Origin: Harriotta raleighana
Lineage: Eukaryota
Reading direction: 5' to 3'
Length of the DNA stretch: 64,000 nt
Assembly: GCA_050575255.1 (NCBI GenBank)
Contig: JBNZDD010013634.1
Location: forward strand, 1,652,189-1,716,188
In this document: piece after piece, positions 48,907 through 62,773 of the stretch
How the letters are laid out: every line of letters starts with the position of its first letter
Position numbering within the stretch: position 1 is the first letter of the stretch
Position numbers and translations under genes: made by a program
The notes under the pieces: model-generated
The model's input: only the letters and a program-made list of their open reading frames with translations
Database searches by the model: none
What the model was told of the DNA's origin: nothing

Positions 48907-50922
48907 GTCATAAAATCATAACATTGACTCAGCTCCACAATAATTTTACATTTCTTAGGTCATACTCAGTTTCAGTTTCATAAAATCAGATTCAGTTTAG
49001 TCTCATTTAAATAAAGAGAGGCATGAAATTGTCAGCACAAAAAGCAATTTTCTCTTCCTCCCGAATACGTTTTACTCAGTTCAATCCTTTCCACAATCAC
49101 TTGCTTGTGTCAAGCAGAAAAGCTTAACCTATATTAGCAATGATGGAAATGATAGGAACGGGAGGGACCACCTTTGGCAAAACAAAAATCCCAAGTAAAA
49201 TAAATAGGATCCATCTCGATGTACAAGGAATATAAAAAATAACTCAAATTGGGTTTGTAAAACTTGAAGTTATTTTTTCAGATTTCAGAATAGACACCAA
49301 TTGCTCAATGTCACATGATGTGACCAAATTAATCTCTTTTGGTGGGCTCCACGTTTGCTCATAGTAGTCCCCAGACTCAGAATGGATTGGGTGTGCTGTT
49401 TTCTTCATGTGTGCACCATGGGAAAATAGGGCTTTAATAAGACCATTATTGCTAAACCTTGCAGACTGTATATCAAAACTAGAACTCTACACAGCTGCAC
49501 TTTGTGTTACCAAACAGTCTTTTCATCTCTGGAGCCTGGAGAGGATTCATTGGCAGCAATTCGCTCACTAATAGGTAGAAGAAAAGATGACTTGAAGGCC
49601 TTGGTTCATTTTGTTTTATCTAAGTGAAATTTCTGCACTTTGATCCCCAGAATACCCCTGCTTCCGCTCATTCACCTCAGTTGGCCTTTCATCGCCCCTC
49701 ACTGTGACCAGTTGCTGATGAATTCTCTGATCCCCTGCTTTGCCTCGAGTTCCTCCTTTCATTCTCTCAATACCCAATCCTCAATATCCTTCACACCCTC
49801 TTTGAATATACACAAGTGAATTCCCGTAACCCATGTGCTCTGCTTATTGAATAAGCTCAGTAAACTGATCATCTGACTGATGCAATGCTAGGTTTCAAAC
49901 TTTTTAATGTTGTGGGTTAATATTCAATTCAGCACAGAAAATAATCATTTTACTCCTGTGTAATGATATCCTCTGGTAGCCCACTCACCGTCAATGTCTT
50001 TCTTTCCCATTCGGTACTTAAGATCCCATGCTCCTTGCCTGTCCCTCATATACTTTCCAATCTGCTTCTCTCTTTCGGACTGAAATGCCCCTCCTTTTTA
50101 ACCGTGTGTCCTCACAACATCCCCTTGGTCTCATAGCACCTACCAACAGAATACAAAGTTCAATGCATCACTGCAGATCAATTTCGTCCAACACCAGAGC
50201 ATGAGCTACATTTCTTTTCCATGCTCCATGTCTCCTATATATTCCATTACGCAATGCATGAGCTATCATCATTATGGTGGTCCATTTATTTTCTTATCCT
50301 CAGTCAACACACTTGGGAAGAAAGCTGCAGAGGCAAGAGGTTTCCATTCCACTGAATTATGTCTAGTAAATATTTTTATGGTGTGGAGCCACAGCCTGTA
50401 CCAGTAAAAGGGGTTACTCAGTGAAAAGATGACTGCAGCAATAAAAAGCAGTTATACTCAGTATCAGGGTAGTGTCCCACTGATCAGACGATAAGTAAGA
50501 CAGTTTGCTTGCAATTACCAGCTAAAATCACAATTTCTCTCTCGCTCTCTCTCTCTATGTATATTGGACTACACACTACATATACTCTTGGATCATATTT
50601 TTATAATTTGACAGAAAAGAACAAAAGCACCAAACCCAAATACATTGTGGTCTCACCTGAATTCAAACAGGCTTGGAAATATTGGATCCTTCGTGTAATC
50701 AGATGGGCATCACAATGACTATAGAAACGCCACACTGACTTGAACTATTTACTGTTGTGTCAGAGCGGACAAAAAACACACACTTTCCGCTGTGTCGGAG
50801 GGAGTGATCGGTTCTGGTCACCGTCAGAATTCAATATTTCGGACTCATTTGAGAATTCATTCCCGATTGATAAGTTTCCGAAACCCCCTTCCCCCCGGCG
50901 CCCCGTTCCCTCCAATCATTGT

Positions 50923-51247
50923 GGAGTCCTGTAGCTCAGTTGTTTGAGCACTTGCCTTACAAGTGAGAAACCTGGGTTCAATTCCAGGCAGGGCAAAACT
51001 TTGGGCAAGTTTCCTTTCACCACACGGCTGATAATAGTCCCTCAAAAAACAAACAATAATAGATTGGTCATTTCAATCCACGACTGTCTGTGGGACACTG
51101 CTGTGTGCAATTGGTTGCCGCGTTTCGCCCACAAAATATACAGTCAATTCTCTTTATTGTATTCCGTGAAGCACTTTGAGATGTCTAGAAGACGTGAAAA
51201 GCGTTATATCAAATGCAAGGATTAATACTATGATTATTATTATTATT
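50923..51247 (+). mobile_element. Full-length tRNA-derived SINE
   Basis: A box tagctcagttg, B box ggttcaattcc, body and (ATT)n tail. Confidence 0.92.
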
Positions 51248-51454
51248 AGAACCAGTGAAACATTCAGCTACCAGTAAGTGAGTGTACTTACTGGCTCAAT
51301 ACTGGTGTACAGCCAGGGCTGTGCATTACTACCTCAGTGGTGTCACAATGCTACTCTATACCAATGACGCATTGTCTTTGATGCCAAGCAATTCACTCCG
51401 AGGCTAGTGTTGGATACCAGAATCCATCTCAATTTAACCCACACAGGAATTGTG

Positions 51455-51595
51455 AAGGTAGATAGGAAACTACTCTTCCCATCAGTAGAGGAATCTAAAA
51501 CTAGAGAACAATCTTAACATTACACTGAAGACAACTAAAAGCGAAGACACATCTTTGTAAAAATGATTGTGAGAATGTGGTACAAATAGCCCCAA
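51455..51595 (+). mobile_element. CR1 ORF2 C-terminal remnant
   Basis: VDRKLLFPSVEESKTRE (CR1 D...LF......TRGH motif) then gattgtgagaatgtgg (RVVxxW). Confidence 0.65.
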
Positions 51596-52794
51596 AGAGA
51601 TTAAGAAGACTAATCTAGAGGACAGAGGCTTAGATATTGAAGGCTTGGCCTTCAGTAATGAAGTGAATGGAGAAGAGCATGAGCAAGGAACTGAGAATCA
51701 AATGATAAGAGACTGTGGCCCTAAAATTAAGAGCTAGTGAAAATTGGTGATAAATTGGAGTAAGGCCACAGGGGGATTTGAGGACACTGGTATCAAACAG
51801 TTTGAAATGTCTCAATATGCTTTACAAATGAATCATTTTGACTCTTATAATGAAGCAAAAGCTGTTGCTAATCTGTATTAGCAACAATGTCCAGCACATA
51901 TCAATGAGAGAAATAACCAATCAACCTAATATTTGGTAGATTGAAAAGTGGAATATTTAGCAAGTGCAGTGCCATTGGATCTTTTACATGCATTTGAACC
52001 CACAGAAGTAGCTGACAGGCCTTGGATTAATATCTTGTCCTTAAGACTGGTCTTCCTGTTCAAACCTCACTAAAAAGGAAGGTCTCCAGGAAACTGCTGT
52101 GTTCCAAAAAGCTAACAATGCCTTGGACTCTGGCTGGTGAAATTTTTCCTTATTTCCTACTGTTTACTATAATTTAATGAGCAAGGGAGGAAGGTTTAAA
52201 ACTGAGAAGTGTGAAAGTTCGGAGGCATTAAAAGGATGTTGCTCTATATCTTTGCATGTAAACCTATCAGCAGCATCATAATGAGGGCACTTGTTGGCAA
52301 TACTGGCCCTGAGGTGCTCATTATTGGCCCAGGAGAAGAGTGCTAACGAGCACCTTGGAGTCTGTAATGACCATAACACCACAACCAAATGGTTTTGTCA
52401 CAATTATCGTCAATCTGAACCTGTGATGAGCTTGGAAGGTTTCAATGCTCTGATGCCCTTTGAAGCTGTGCTCCCTCTTCTCAGAACTCCTGGGATCAGA
52501 GTACCATCCAATGCACAGATACCCACCATTGGTTAATCAGCATCCAAAGGAAAATCAGGGCAGCCACACTTCGCTCTCCATGCACACAGTGATGGTTGTC
52601 ATCTGACATGAGAGCAAGGCAAATAGGCGCAAGCTTTCTGCTTCAGTTTCAGATCATGAAACGATTTGATAAGGTGGACAATGATGGGCTACTTTCACTT
52701 TCTGCTGAGTTCAAAATGAAGGCCATAAATACAAAATATCTAATGACGCATCTGAAGGGAGTTTAGGTGAGAAGTTCTGGTGAGAATGTGGAAT

Positions 52795-52860
52795 ATGAAC
52801 ACCAGCACAGACTGGATTGGCCAAGTGGCCTGTTTCCATGCTGCAACAATAATTCTATTT
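52795..52860 (+). mobile_element. CR1 3' end
   Basis: cagcacagactggattggccaagtggcctgtttccatgctg...ttctat. Confidence 0.6.
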
Positions 52861-53289
52861 ATAATTGTATGAAACACTTGCATAAGCAGGGCAGGTACCA
52901 AGGCTGCTGATGTGGATTGATATTGTGTAATAAACCCTCTAAAAAAAACTCTCACACATTAATATTCACTATAACCTACTTCAGAATAAATCACTTAAAA
53001 ACACAAATTACAGTTCCACTTTTTATTTGGACTGGGCATATATGTCAGTTGATCCGAATGGATATTCCCAAAGGACCTGAATATGCAACATGTGGAGCAC
53101 AAATCAGCCCAGCATGTCGGTGCTGTAAATAGGCTTTGGGTTGTGCACTGGGTTATAGGGGTTAGCTTTGAAAGGGTCCATGGCTTGAAATAATGAAGGC
53201 TGAGCAGGGCTAGCAAAACATGTACAGAGTTTGGCGTTTAGATGGGAGTTTTATCAGAACAGTCACAATGGGAGATATAGATTTATGCA

Positions 53290-53700
53290 CATAACTTAGA
53301 AAGCAGATGGGTGCTCCTTAATAGTCAGGTGTAGCGCTTTCAGCAGCCTCACTTGGCTCTTCCAAGCTCTTCACCTGGCTATCAAGGAGTGCAGAAGAGC
53401 TATGAAAAAGCACTTAGAAGAAAAAGCAGTGAGGTTCAATGGGAGCAAACAGAGTATTTGTTGGGGCTATGAGGCAGGTGGAGTGTGCGGAGAGGTTTAT
53501 TGGCGGTAGGCAGGCAGGCAGGCATAGAGATCTGACAATCAGGAGCAGCAGATCTGCCAATTATTTTGATAGTTATCTGAATCCATTTTATGAACAAAAT
53601 TCAGGCTCAACGCAAAGCTTCCGGGCAGATTAATTGCACTGTTTGTGCTGGTGCCACCGACCCTGTGTCTGGACCGTTGGCCACTAATTAGGAGTAAAAA
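53290..53700. promoter_or_regulatory. Candidate conserved non-coding element / enhancer
   Basis: Repeat-free, higher GC; CAGGTG x2, CACCTG, TGACA, GATTAATTG, CTAATTAG. Confidence 0.35.
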
Positions 53701-54139
53701 GATTTGTTTTGTATGAGTTTGAGCAAGTCATTTGTATTCCCTTTCAACGCTGCCTAGTTACTTTTTCCCATTAGTACGGTTCTTACTACAACACTAATCA
53801 ATTCAAAAAGCGTGACAACTATAATGTAGCATAAAAATTAGGAGCATAGCAATTTATTATTAAATTAAGTGGGTTTTGGAAATCTGAAGGAAAGAAATCG
53901 AATGGCATTAATCTAGTCCATCGGAAAAACTCTGTTAAAGTTTGTTATTTAAGAGTTTTTGGTCGATTTTATTGTGGAGCTTTGTTGATATCCAACAGTT
54001 AGGACATTCATTTGTGGAATTACCTACTTCAAAGGGATATCAAAGGGATATCAGATATCAGATCAAAACATTTCCCCAATTAAAGTGCTTTCTGTGCCAC
54101 TTGAATTATATTTTTAACTCTTCACCTCTGTGAAAGTAC

Positions 54140-54300
54140 CACCATTCAGTTCCATTTATCTGCTTTTTTTGCTCAAGTTACCCGCAAGTTATTCCTCTTT
54201 AGATAACTATCTAGTTCTCTCTTGAAGCTAATACGGATACTGCCTCAACCACAGGGCATTGCACATCCTAACAACTCTCTGTGTGAAAAAATGTCTCCAA
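54140..54300 (-). mobile_element. Decayed CR1 3' fragment
   Basis: tatctagttctctcttgaa...tgcctcaaccac...aacaactctctgtgtgaaaaaa. Confidence 0.6.
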
Positions 54301-56093
54301 TACTATACCAGTTTCTCCAGAGATAGACTAAGAATAGACGGATGAATGCTCCCTCAATTTTCCTGAAAATAATAAACACAATGCCACCATGGCACCCTCT
54401 GCATATTGCATTGAGTTCATTTGAAATCAACCGAAAACTATTTCAGCCACTTTGAGTTGTAATTTATCTATGCTTCAAACCTGAAGTATGTATCATATCT
54501 TACCTAACAGTATGTTGGTTTCTATGTGACATGTTATTCTTTCACCCTGCTCACTACCTTACCTGTATTTCTAACACAGGAAACATTTGAGGATATTCAC
54601 TTGATTAATAAGACGCATTATTCAGAACCACACAGAGTGCACTGCGGAAAGTAAAGTTGTTCACACAATAACCTCTGTCTATCATGAGATGCAGGACTAA
54701 TCATTAGATACCATTGATAGAGCCAGAGATGGCAACATGTTATGATCTTGAACCAGATTGTGAAATGTACAAATTGATACTGCAAGGCTGACTAGCAAAG
54801 CAAGTTTTACTTGCTACCCACCGTGCACTAGGCTAAACAGATTACAACCCCTCAGTTTCCTGCAGCTGAAACAAGAAAGGTGTAATTAACAAATTCATTT
54901 TGGAGTTGAAACTCTTCATAGTATGTATTATCTTTGCACTGATCAACCATTCCATGGCTCTGAATAGGCTAAACAATAAAAGTTCAGTTTGTAATTTCCA
55001 TTTAGTGTGCTAAAATTACGGAAACAGTAATACTAATTACACAAATGGATTAAATGGCTTGGGAAGGTAACAATTTCAATGGAGTTTCATTACAAAATGG
55101 TTGCACCATGATTAACTATGAACAAATGCTATATTTTCGATTTTTCTACCATTCCATCAGAAACCTTTTTAGAAGCCGTATGTGTACCCTAAACTTCTGA
55201 GTAAGCTATCTTTGCTGGTTACTGTAAAAGATCGGAGTAGTTTACTGAAAATGTACCTTTAGGCTATCTATTAACTAAACATAATAGGTAGTCTTTCCCC
55301 CAAAGGAACTTCATTTGGGTTAAGCAAGTATCATCTCATTTTTCTGAAAATATGAATTGTGTGACACCAGGCACATGGAATGCATGCAAAACAGATGAAA
55401 TTCACTTAATTATAATACCCACATAAATCCCAGCAGCATTATGAATGTCAGAACAAAATTGCTGTCACAAAACGAGTCAGGAAAATCGGTAAACTAATGG
55501 TACCTTTAGAAAATGTATCTTGTGAGTTTATCTCAACATTGGTGATCTGAACACACAAGGTTAAAGAGTGAACGACTACATTTTTCAATCTGTAGCTATT
55601 CAGTGGAATTGCTTACATTCCTGAATTGACAGATTTTGGATCATGGGGTGGGGGGGGAGGAAAAGATAAATGCACCTAAATCTATCTGTTAACATAACCT
55701 TCAGGATGCTGGAAATAGATTTTAATACTTAGCAGAAATCCATGATTAACAGGATAAGGGCTAATCCCTGAAATATGCAACATGATACAAATGTGTACCT
55801 ATCTTAATGAATTTCTGACTGGTGAGAAAATAAGATGAATGGTAAGAGACAAAAAGCAAATGACAAACAGAAAGAGAGAGAGAACATGCAATATTGTCAA
55901 ATAATTAAAAGGTTTGAAACTTGATTTAAGTGGTAAAGACAAAGAAAGTCTTAGGTCAACTTTTTCAGGCCAATGTTTATAAGTGGCAACATTCAGAAAA
56001 AATTGCAAAACTTCCACCGATACAATACAAAATTATATTTGTATAGAGTCTCTCAGATCGGGAGGACAGGCTGAGCAAGTTCTCTTTGGTTTT

Positions 56094-56154
56094 CAAGCGC
56101 TCTGGGACGCGACCCTGCATGAGAGGCGATATAAATACAAGTTGTTGTTATTGT
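56094..56154 (+). mobile_element. Short L2-type tail
   Basis: aagcgctctgggacgcgaccctgcatgagaggcgatataaatacaagttgttgtt. Confidence 0.65.
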
Positions 56155-57580
56155 TTGAGGCATTATTGCCCCTCATCAAACAGGCAGATTAATTGCAGCA
56201 CTTTGAAGAAACATTCATCCTCCACCTTTTAGATTAGTTTCTGCAACTGGAGACTAGTAATAAGTAAACTGAGACAATGGAGCTGTTTTAATGTTTGGAT
56301 GGTTCCTGACAGGAGCTTTAGATTACACGCACAAGATGGTGTACGGCTGGGGTAAGGCACAGAGGGAAAAGGCTTGGCTCACAACCACAGCAGCACTTAA
56401 ACCACTCGCATTGATATGATGGCCTCCACTTATATTAAAAGTTACAATCAAAGATATAAATCTTATTTTCATTAATACAAATAGGAGAAAGCTCATTAAG
56501 AGCAGGCAAGGAGTAAAAGCACCACTGCTTTACCAACAAAGAGCACCGGCAGATGATGACATTTACTGACAAACATGTAGAAACATCCAGATCCATTTAT
56601 TCTAAATGAACGGTTTCATGGTGCAATGTATCATGTCGACACAAATAAAGGATGAACATCAAAAGCCACAGTTAGTAATGGGGTTATTACTCAGTATTAG
56701 TGTACTTTACTGGGCTCTATCTTCATCTGAAGACATTAAATCTGAAACCTTTTACTAATACACAGAATCCTGAGTAATTACCTTTGTCTGTGTGGATATT
56801 AAAGGGACTGCTTTTAAATTGCTGTCAAAGGACATACAAAGTGTACAAAGCGTACCCTTAGCTTTAGGTAATCTACTATTCCTTGCTGGTACCTTTAATA
56901 TGAACTAATGAAAATTGTTTTTCATGTTTCTCAAATAGGCCTTTAGGATGAGTTTAGCAGCATGCAACTGAACAATCTATAGTTACTAAATACCCCGTGA
57001 AAAGAATAAGGATAGATGTACTTTCTGATATGTGCGGAATTCTGATTTTTAAAGGACACATGTAACATTCAAACATTTATGATAAATCTTTGCTAAATTT
57101 TCAAGATGAAATTTTCATAATTCAAACCAGTGCAGCGATCTGCAGATCACTAGACCTGGGAGACTGAGATGGGAGTAGCTGGTCTCACTTTCCACTGTAA
57201 GCCTCGCATATAAATCGCAATCCATTTGGCAAGGGAAAGAGAGGCTTATGTCCCATCAAATGCTCCTCAGTTAAAATCTTCACCAAGAATTACAGCAATG
57301 GTTGTTACTTTTACTATACTCAGAGGTCTTTTAATCTGCACCATCAGAATTCTCCAAGTCAGGAAGGAGCCAGGTTAAATTCAACCATTAAAGAGTTTAT
57401 ATATTTTTGTGCAATCTGGCCAAAATGACAGTACTTGTATTAAATGGAATATTCATACTGGCCAGAACATAACCATTGCATAACCATAACTATAATAATA
57501 AAATACACGTCCACTTTATATAGCACATCGACACATCAAGTGTCTCAAAGCATTTACACCGTCAATTCCTTTGAAATGTG

Positions 57581-57910
57581 ATAATAAAAAGCCTTGCATT
57601 TGATATAGCACCTTATCATGCTGTCAAGACATCTCCAAGCACCTCATAGAATATACTGTAAAGTGAATTGACTGTATATTTTGTGATTGAGACCTGTAGA
57701 AACTCATATTTTGGTATAATCCCTCAAAAAATAATAAAATTGATGATTTCAATCCATGATTGTTTGTGGGTCACTGCTGTGCGCAATTGGCTGCCGTGTC
57801 TTGCTTACAAATATACATTCAATTCACTTTATAGCATATTCTGTGAAGTACTTTAAGACTTCTTGAAGACGTGAAAAGCGCTATATCAAATTCGGGAATT
57901 ATTATTACTA
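57581..57910. mobile_element. Inverted SINE pair (minus 57581-57685, plus 57716-57910)
   Basis: ccttgcatttgatatagcacc...gtgaattgactgtatatt and ataatccctc...gtgaaaagcgctatatcaaa. Confidence 0.85.
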
Positions 57911-59121
57911 TTTTGTGGGAGAAACATTTAGTGATTACTATGCAATAATGTCCCAGTAACATAATGCCGCTTGTTAAAATTTCTGGTGCAGATAGATTGA
58001 AAGCTGCACTGTATAGCCAGGGATTTCTGACCTGAAAACTAACAATTGTTATATTACAATGTAAAAAACCACAGCTGAAAGGAGATCACAGAAATTCAAA
58101 GAAGAAAGTTTTTTGGGATATTTGGCTTGCAAACCTGAAAAAAAATTTAAAAAGGAAACCTTTGCAATTGTGCCCCTTTCGACCATGATCCGAAGAATTT
58201 GTAGCCTGCAAACCAAAGTTAATTGCTCATTGTGATGCTTTCCAGGCTCTTAAATGAAACACTATCTAGAACATAACCAGTGATTTCTGTACACATGCAA
58301 TAAAAGTACATTATGTAACTATGTAAGAGTCAATGTCAATACGTTTAGATGCAAATATGCATGATAATCCTTCCATTTGGTAAAAGACGAATAGTAAGGC
58401 ATAAATGATAAGACACTCAGAAGCTAGTGCTATTCTCTAATATTATGTTTCTGCAGTTTTAAGTCCTTTAAGCCTACCCTGAAGAGTCCATGGGTCCTTG
58501 TTTCTTTCTAAAGTTACTTTTAAATATTAGTCCTATTCAGAAACAGTGCCTGCTTCTCGAGGCATGTTCTCCAATTGATACAAGCTGGACGTGGTGCTCA
58601 GTAAAACTTGCACAGATTTGCTTGAGAATTTTGCATCAGAGCAGCAGTCCCTGTGTGTTCGTACCATTAAAACAAAGTGAAAAATCCTGCTCTTAACTCA
58701 AAATGATCCCCCAGCTCTTCATCCCCAGGGATACAGCAAAAAGACTTTCTACTTAACAGAAATACTAATTCCTTCATAAATGATCAACTCTGTATACATT
58801 GATTGCTTCGAAGCTAAGCACTTCTGCTACCTTCTCGGAATCCACTTTTAATGTCAGTTTCATTGTTGTATACCTCGTGTATTTGGTGAAATGAGGCGGA
58901 GTACAGACATTGATGTGTGTTAAGAAATTCTTGTAAGAGCAGCACAGCAGATCAACATTAGTGCAGAGCAGTGCAGCTCCCACCCACCATGGTCAAGGAG
59001 CAAAGTATTGTACTTAAGAGTTCTAGTCAGTTAGAAATTTAAAGTGGTAATGATTACATCACAAATTTTTGAAGGGTTTTATTCAAAGCTGCATTAGTTT
59101 CCTGCTTAAGGAAACACTATG

Positions 59122-59233
59122 TGCCTATAAATACCCAGTGACTATACTCGACAGTGCAACCCTGTGAAGTTCTTTGAGATGCCGGATTGATGTGATAAGG
59201 GTTTATATCAAATGAAAGGATTATTATTATATT
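59122..59233 (+). mobile_element. Older SINE tail
   Basis: ctgtgaagttctttgagatg...gataagggtttatatcaaatgaaagg(ATT)n. Confidence 0.75.
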
Positions 59234-59244
59234 AACAGCAGAAA

Positions 59245-59590
59245 ATATTTGCATTTAACATGGTGTCCCAAAATGATTATTCACGCAAAAATGTCCTCTG
59301 AAAGTACATTAACTGTTCCTCTAGTGGCAAATATACCAGTTAACTTGATCCAACATCCCCAAACAGCAATGAGATGAAGGTCCAACTGATCCGTTTTTCT
59401 TTTGGTATGTTTGGATGAGAGGAATATGAGACAGTACACCAGAAAAACTCCCCTAATCTTTTTTGAAATACTGCCACATGTTATTTATCCACCCGAAATA
59501 GGCAGCTGAGATCTTGATTTAACGTCTCATCTGAAGGACAAGACCTCCAACAATGCAGCACACCTCTGGAACTGCCAGCCTAGATTTTGA
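59245..59590 (-). mobile_element. Old Deu-domain SINE
   Basis: caaacagcaatgagat...aactcccc...tttaacgtctcatctgaaggacaagacctccaacaatgcagcac...cagcctagatt. Confidence 0.75.
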
Positions 59591-60699
59591 TGTTAACTCA
59601 GAGTGGTATATACACAGGTATAATGGAAATTTGTGGACCATATTTTTACAGTAAGTGTTCCTGTGTTAATTTGTGGTGAGACTGTTCCCAAGCCCCTATT
59701 CTAGTGTAAAACAAAGCTGGAATGTGCACATGTGGTTTTCATTTTATAATGTCTCCTGTTAGAAGCTATCACCCAATCTTCCAATGTCTGTAACAGTACA
59801 TTCTGTTATTTTAACACTCCATCAACCAAGAAAGCAAATTACTGAGGACATCACTGTTGAAGGAGAGATCCACCTACAGACCTACAGACCCATGTTCACA
59901 TTGATCAGCATTCTCTCTCGACACAGGCTTGGGAATGTGCCAATCAGAGAGCGCAGAGCACTGATATTTGCACATGATTCTTTTAGTAGCTGCGCACTTG
60001 ATTTTAGTGACTTGAAACTCAATTCAAATGATGTTGCAATCTCAGTGATTGGAAAGAGGGTAAGTTTCCTTCATTGGAACAACGAAAGGAAGAGGGAGGG
60101 TTAACACTACTCAATTATGACAATCTTTCGGTGTACACTTTGGATTTTAAGGGGGATATTTTCAGAAAATATTGTTTTATGAATCGTTCATCGAGTTAAC
60201 TGAGGACTTTCTACATCATGTAATCTAACACAAATTACTTTTTGTTTTGGTGGGGGGGGGTGTTGGGGTGGTGGAGGGGACATCAGCCTGACATATGGAA
60301 ACCCATTACCATGCTCATGAGGAAACAAACAGAGCTTGACATGCATTTGGAGATTTCCCTGTATCTATGGAATGGGTTGTGTATTCTTACCTTGCAAGAT
60401 TGGAGCCCCGATACCTAATTTCAGAGAATATGAGATAAAGGTTACCATGAGCCAAAGCTTGCAGACGCCAGAGAGCACTTCGCAACCTCTTACCCACAGG
60501 TCGAGATCACATCTCTACCTATTGAGTGTTGGTTGCAGGTAATGGCTGGAGTTGTGCAGCTGAAGAAGCAACTGCTTCTCATTCAATGTACATTCAAGGT
60601 ATACAGAGACGTGGATATGTGAGCACGTGTTCACAAACACCGACTCAAAAATATCTGCTAATAACTTCTAATGTTTGCAATGCGCTTGGCAGCAATTCG

Positions 60700-61610
60700 T
60701 GCTCAGTAGTCTTCTCAATTTTCAGAGGATACTAAGTCACTTCCATCAAATGAACAAAATGTCCCTTCTTTTAAAAAAGGGCCAGGCATAAATAATATGC
60801 CTGCAACCACACATCCAACCACATAATAATCTAAAAGGTGGTAGTGCGCCAAGTTTCACAAATCTCCGTCATTGTTCATTTCACATGTAGCAAAGCAGAA
60901 GGAAGAATCAAACTTCTAATGTGGATGAAAGCATCTGAGATCTCGGGGGTAACTATGCCGTGGGGAAATGGGGAAATTATAGGGGAAAACAGCAGCATTC
61001 CTGAATATTTATACCTCAGCAATGACAAGCCAGACTTCATCATCAAAGGCTTCTTAGTACCAGCCCCACACCTGAACCACACAGCCGTCATGGGAAGTGA
61101 TTTTAATTGTACACTGAACCAGCCATTATATGAAAGCCAAATATTAGAAGCAGAGGGATAAGCTGAGAAGATTGCTGGCCTTCGCTGTATGACAACAAGC
61201 CCAGAGCAAATGGATCACAGCAATTAAACTGAAGGGATGGCGCTGTTATTATCCTGTACCCAAATGAACTGAGAATTTTATAATTTTTCTATACCTTGGA
61301 GAATACTCTCTGGAGAGCAGCTCTCCAGATTTCACAGCTTTCTTCTCTTTCCAAGCTTGCTGGAAATGTCAGCGATTTGTTGGGATATTCTGATTGCCTC
61401 TGTTGAGGTGCAAGGAGCAATCCACAGCTGTGGGAGGACTTCTGCCCAGATGACTTCCTCGCTGCTTTTGATGAGGTATTCCATATGGAAACTCCTGATG
61501 GAGGAATTATTCGAATCCATAACTACAGCAAGAATATTTCTCAACCAACAATGCCCCAGGTGGCAGCCTTATCTCCAAATTACAGACAATGGCAAAAGAC
61601 CTTTTACAAG
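60700..61610 (+). mobile_element. Decayed L1-clade LINE ORF2 endonuclease region
   Basis: Colinear APE motifs across frameshifts: RG...IK(R)TK (~60725), IICLQ-TH (60792), DLGGNY..GEIIGE (~60938), LNIY..NDKPDF (61001), MGSDFNCTLN (61090), WRCYYP (61238). Confidence 0.75.
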
Positions 61611-61612
61611 AT

Positions 61613-62057
61613 ATAATAATCCTTTCATTTGATATAGTGCCTTATCATGACATCAAGACATGATAAGGCGCTAGATCAAATGCAAAGTGCTTCACAGGAT
61701 ATACTGGAAGATAGTGTGGCTCTGTGTATTTTGTGGTCGAACGCGGTCAGTTTGTACACAGCAATGTCTTGCAAACAGCCACAAATTGAACAACCAATTT
61801 TATTTGAGGGATTGTTGAGCAGGACACTAGGAGACACCCTCTTTTCTTTTTGAAAAGTCCATGGGATCTTTAACAGCCACCTGTACAGGCAGATAGAAAC
61901 TTAAGGTCTTATCCGAAAGAGAGCATCTCTGACAAACCAGCACCTTTCCAGCATTGCATTGGAGTATCAGCATTTACTATATGGATCACAACGTGGGGTT
62001 TGAACCCACGATTTTCTGACTCTGGTGAGAATGCTACTAACTGAGCCGTGCTGACAC
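61613..62057 (-). mobile_element. Near full-length tRNA-headed Deu-domain SINE inserted in the L1 fossil
   Basis: B box GGTTCAAACC (reverse of ~61997-62006), A-box-like ggctcagttag, Deu core ccatgggatctttaacagccacctg, L2-type tail. Confidence 0.85.
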
Positions 62058-62702
62058 TAAGTTGAAGTGACACTGGCCAATGTAACTCCTTCGAAAATGT
62101 CAGATGTAAATTATGGAATACCTACCCTTCGACAAGCTTAGGCAACAACTTTCCACATTTCTTACAAACGACAGGTAAAGCACACAAAGGAAGTTGTAGT
62201 TACCCATGTTAGAAACAGGCTTCACTCGTCAATTCCTCGTATTCAAAGTTTGAATAGATGTAATAAACTGCCCAACTGACATTTATCATTACGTTCTACA
62301 AATATAACAACAAAATTACATTTGTTTAGAGGCTTATTGGATATAGGCGCTGGGGGGTGTTCTAAAACTTCTCTTGAAATGTTCCTGGTGATAGTATGCA
62401 CTATTTCCAAAATGTATTGACTTCAGCTTGTCATTGGCTTGTTAATGACTTCTCCCCTGTTTTCCACTATGAATTAATAGACTTTTTTCACCAATTCATC
62501 ACCCTCAGCAGTATGACCTTATTCTTACGAGCTTGGCAGAATCCTGATCTCCCCCTGTTCAAATTCAAAGCTGGGGCTGGTTTTCCCTCAAGCTGGTATG
62601 GTTTTTGTTTTGCTGCACTTTTCCCATACTAACCTGAATCCTTCCAGATTTAAGTTTCAATTAAGTTTCAGATGGACTATAGGCACATTATGCAATACAT
62701 AC

Positions 62703-62773
62703 CTGCAGGTTCTCCCATGTTCCACGTGGTGATGCTGACTTCTCTTCTCGCCATAGTTTCTGTGAAATAATTT
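62703..62773 (-). other. Candidate spliced exon
   Basis: Acceptor ttccaattttattttgcttcAG (alternative AG 14 nt downstream), donor CAG|GTATGT, ATG in aactATGG context at 62754; all three frames open. Confidence 0.3.

Noticed and set aside
51281-51305. 9-bp stem-loop ccagtaagt/acttactgg
   Set aside because: Too short to separate from chance in 64 kb.
61284-61616. Selenoprotein-like frame with C-L-C-TGA at 61404
   Set aside because: It lies within the decayed L1 endonuclease region, and no SECIS element or selenoprotein homology is visible.
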